From Paraspadella gotoi (taxonomy: Eukaryota > Animalia > Chaetognatha), in the NCBI GenBank assembly GCA_051294375.1, contig JBJCIZ010000956.1, positions 1-10,029 of the forward strand: a DNA stretch of 10,029 nt, written 5' to 3'. The notes under the pieces were generated by a model. The model saw only the letters and a list, made by a program, of their open reading frames with translations, was not told the origin of the DNA and made no database searches. Every line of letters starts with the position of its first letter. The stretch's first letter is position 1. The position numbers were made by a program, and so were the translations under genes. Shown piece by piece: positions 7,701-10,029 of this stretch.

Positions 7701-8500
7701 ATACCCACGTTCCAGAAGAAGAGGCGCATAGATCTAGTTTACTTGATATCTGCGACGTTTTTTGAACTATGAGTGTGATATGGTAGTATGACAAGAAGAA
7801 AAAGACACTATCGCGCAGCTCTCCATCCCTCATGAAGATATAAATTTCACTCATGCTGATAGCGTGTACATCAGTGATATAGAAAGAATGTTGTTTCTTG
7901 ATCTAAGCTGTCTTCACGGTACTATTGAATATTTAGCGCAGAACGCAATGACGTTCGCACTCTTCAAGGCAGCACGATTTTTATGTATGTTCGGAACTTA
8001 GTCACGATTTAAATTCCGTGAAGTACCTTCAGTATCATAAAGGTCTTGCGCGACATTCGTGATCCGATCTATCGTGCAGATCTGACGTCTCTAGTAGAAA
8101 GACCTTTTATTCTTTTAAGTTCGTTTTATCAACTTGGAGCTATCATTACCTCAGGCGAGCAAATTAACTTTTAGGTTCTCGGATTAGGCAGCGAATATCA
8201 TAGTACGTAGCTTACCCCTTATCAAATCCGTTGTTCTTGGGTAATAATATCAAGAAAGCTTCATACTCCACCATTTATATGCATGGAACAGAAAGCGTAT
8301 GTGGATGGAATAAAAATAGGATGGTAATGTGGTCCTATAAATGAAAATATACAGACGATGTGATTTGTTTCTCGCGTATCTAAAAAGACTGCTGGAGTTG
8401 TCACTCCGCTCGGACACCTCACCTAATTATACGGACAGAGAAAAATCACACATCTACAGTAGCTTCATGATGCGTATGGACCTTTGTTCTACTCTATATC
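4799..8500. other. Compositionally distinct, ORF-poor segment, possibly low-quality long-read gap-extension sequence
   Basis: By eye it has more G+C and CpG and fewer long A/T runs than the flanks, and no convincing ORF. The integrase frame becomes progressively more indel-rich as it enters this segment. Confidence 0.45.
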
Positions 8501-8966
8501 TCTCTTAATCTTATACTATCTACCTGTCATATATACTCCTTTATAACTTCATTACTTAATTTTCGATTGCTCCATCGAAACTTTATAGAAAGTGTTCTTC
8601 TGTTTAAGACTTTTTTTTTTTTATTGGAAAGGCCATCCTCTGTTACTAAACACTCAATACTGTCATAAATATGAATAGTTTGAATATAATGAGCTAATCT
8701 TGAAGAAAAACTATATCAGCTGTATATGTTTCTAATGGACGCAATCTTACAACCTTCTTTCTTCAAATCTATCTCTTCGTGATTTGTGTAAGCTGTAAAC
8801 TTCTTGGTTTTGTAACCATTTAACCACATCTGTATATCAACATTTTTTATATTTTTTTCTTAATTGATTATATAATTTTTCTGCTCCATAATAACTTCCA
8901 GGATGGTTAGGATTAAAATATATATTTTTATTTCATCCTCCCACTCATAATTTTCTCACTACATTT
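8094..8966 (-). pseudogene. Maverick/Polinton retroviral-like DDE integrase (c-integrase), heavily frameshifted
   Basis: Minus strand from 8920: YFNPNHPGSYYGAEKLYNQLRKKYKKC*YTDVVKWLQNQEVYSLHKSRRDRFEER / VVRLRPLETYTADIVFLQD (first catalytic D at 8717-8715) / AHY..SNYSYL / TV / I(D) / VFSNRGW / AFPIKKKS. A DGAIE..NEVIKEY segment near 8576 is the candidate second D. Weaker traces: ILLPKNNGFDKG at 8250-8215 and IKG/FY at 8110-8094. Strong for 8610-8920, weak left of 8520. Confidence 0.88.
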
Positions 8967-9068
8967 ACATTGAGCCAAATAAAAAAATATTTTTGCATGC
9001 ATTATAAGAAAAAAAATTAATGGTAATGGAGGATTTTATTTCAATTTTGGTTGCCTAGCAGATTTAAT

Positions 9069-9136
9069 AAATCGACAAATCTGTCGATTTTGAGAAAAAA
9101 CAAAATCGACAAATCTGTCGATTTTGAGAAAAAACA
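9069..9136. repeat. Perfect 34-bp tandem duplication, each unit containing a palindrome
   Basis: AAATCGACAAATCTGTCGATTTTGAGAAAAAACA at 9069-9102 and 9103-9136. Each unit holds AAATCGACA-AATC-TGTCGATTT (9-bp arms). Confidence 0.95.
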
Positions 9137-10029
9137 AGTACTGACCCTTTCCATTGTATTAAAATGATGCGGTTTTTTTTGTTTTAATAACGTCAGTATG
9201 TACCTCATCTTTTAAAACAAATAAATGAGTTAAAAATATTCTCTTTATCAAAAATAAATGCAGGTCACAAAAAGTCACAAATTAAAAGTTGTCTTTAAAA
9301 ATTATTTGTGGCAATACGAAAAAAGTTTTTTGGATAATTTTGTAGGTGTTAAAAGCTTATTCAATAGGCTATATTTTCTGTTAATTTCAACCAATTTGAT
9401 TTATTTTTGTTTAACTATGATAAAGACTGAAACTGCAACTTTTTGACTTGTTAACTTTAAAATTAATTTATAGGCAAACTATAAATGATTTAAGCAAATA
9501 AATTTACCTAGGGGTAAAGAAGATAAGGAAGAACGGATTTGCAAAGCAAATAATTTTTCTCAACTCTCCTTGGCATTCAAATCAGAAGTCGTAAGTAAAA
9601 ATGGACAAAAATGGACATAATTTTTTTTCTTAAAAGTTGCCAAAATGGTACTCTTTTATCATTAGAAACGGCTGGAGATGTTTCTAACCAATCCTTCGTT
9701 CGGCCTAATTTGTGTTGTGGTACAAAGTTAATCAATATTGTAAGTAACAACTGAACAATAGTGGAAAGAGTCGTTTTTTTGCTAAATGCAACGTTTGTAT
9801 TTGGAACCCTTTATCTAACTTTTAAAGCTCTATCAGAATCTATAAAAAATTGATAAGCAAAATTTTAAAAATTATTTTCAATTTCAACTTTTAGTTTTCA
9901 ACCTGTTCCGGCCTAATATCTAGTATGGCGGGCCAAAATTGAACACTTTTTATAACTCCTAGTTCTCTTTAAAAATATTTTTTTCCTAGTACTACTAAAT
10001 CGATTTTCAATGTAACTTTTTGATTTAGT

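Noticed and set aside
7792-8001. 69-codon open + strand frame (QEEKDTIAQ...CMFGT)
   Set aside because: No early start codon, no splice evidence and no family motif. It lies in the suspected noisy segment.
9258-9446. 62-aa ORF and the remaining AT-rich right flank
   Set aside because: Composition is typical of non-coding AT-rich DNA. It may be a MITE remnant, but I could not define TIRs or a TSD.

Overview
AT-rich eukaryotic scaffold segment, probably from an invertebrate, with a 25-N gap at 4774-4798. Its main content is a disrupted endogenous Maverick/Polinton (adintovirus-like dsDNA virus/transposon) that the ORF track shows only as fragments. On the + strand, a CACGTG/GATA-rich tandem regulatory block (~1860-2270) precedes four tightly packed genes. 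These are a coiled-coil ORF (2282-2872), an A32/FtsK-like DNA-packaging ATPase (2923-3571), a small PW-like protein ending QKGG|FL plus an amphipathic tail (3609-3947), and a conserved Maverick ORF with a basic RS-rich tail (3944 to the gap). On the - strand, absent from the ORF track, is a frameshifted Maverick-type DDE integrase (~8966 leftwards to at least 8520, traces to ~8090). Nearly all frameshifts resolve as single-base deletions and signal decays leftwards from ~8760, so part of the apparent decay may be long-read error. The first 1.35 kb holds three Helentron/DINE-like (HINE) ends, each with a (GAC)n microsatellite, a hairpin and ATAAAAA. All family calls come from manual translation and motif recognition, not from database searches.
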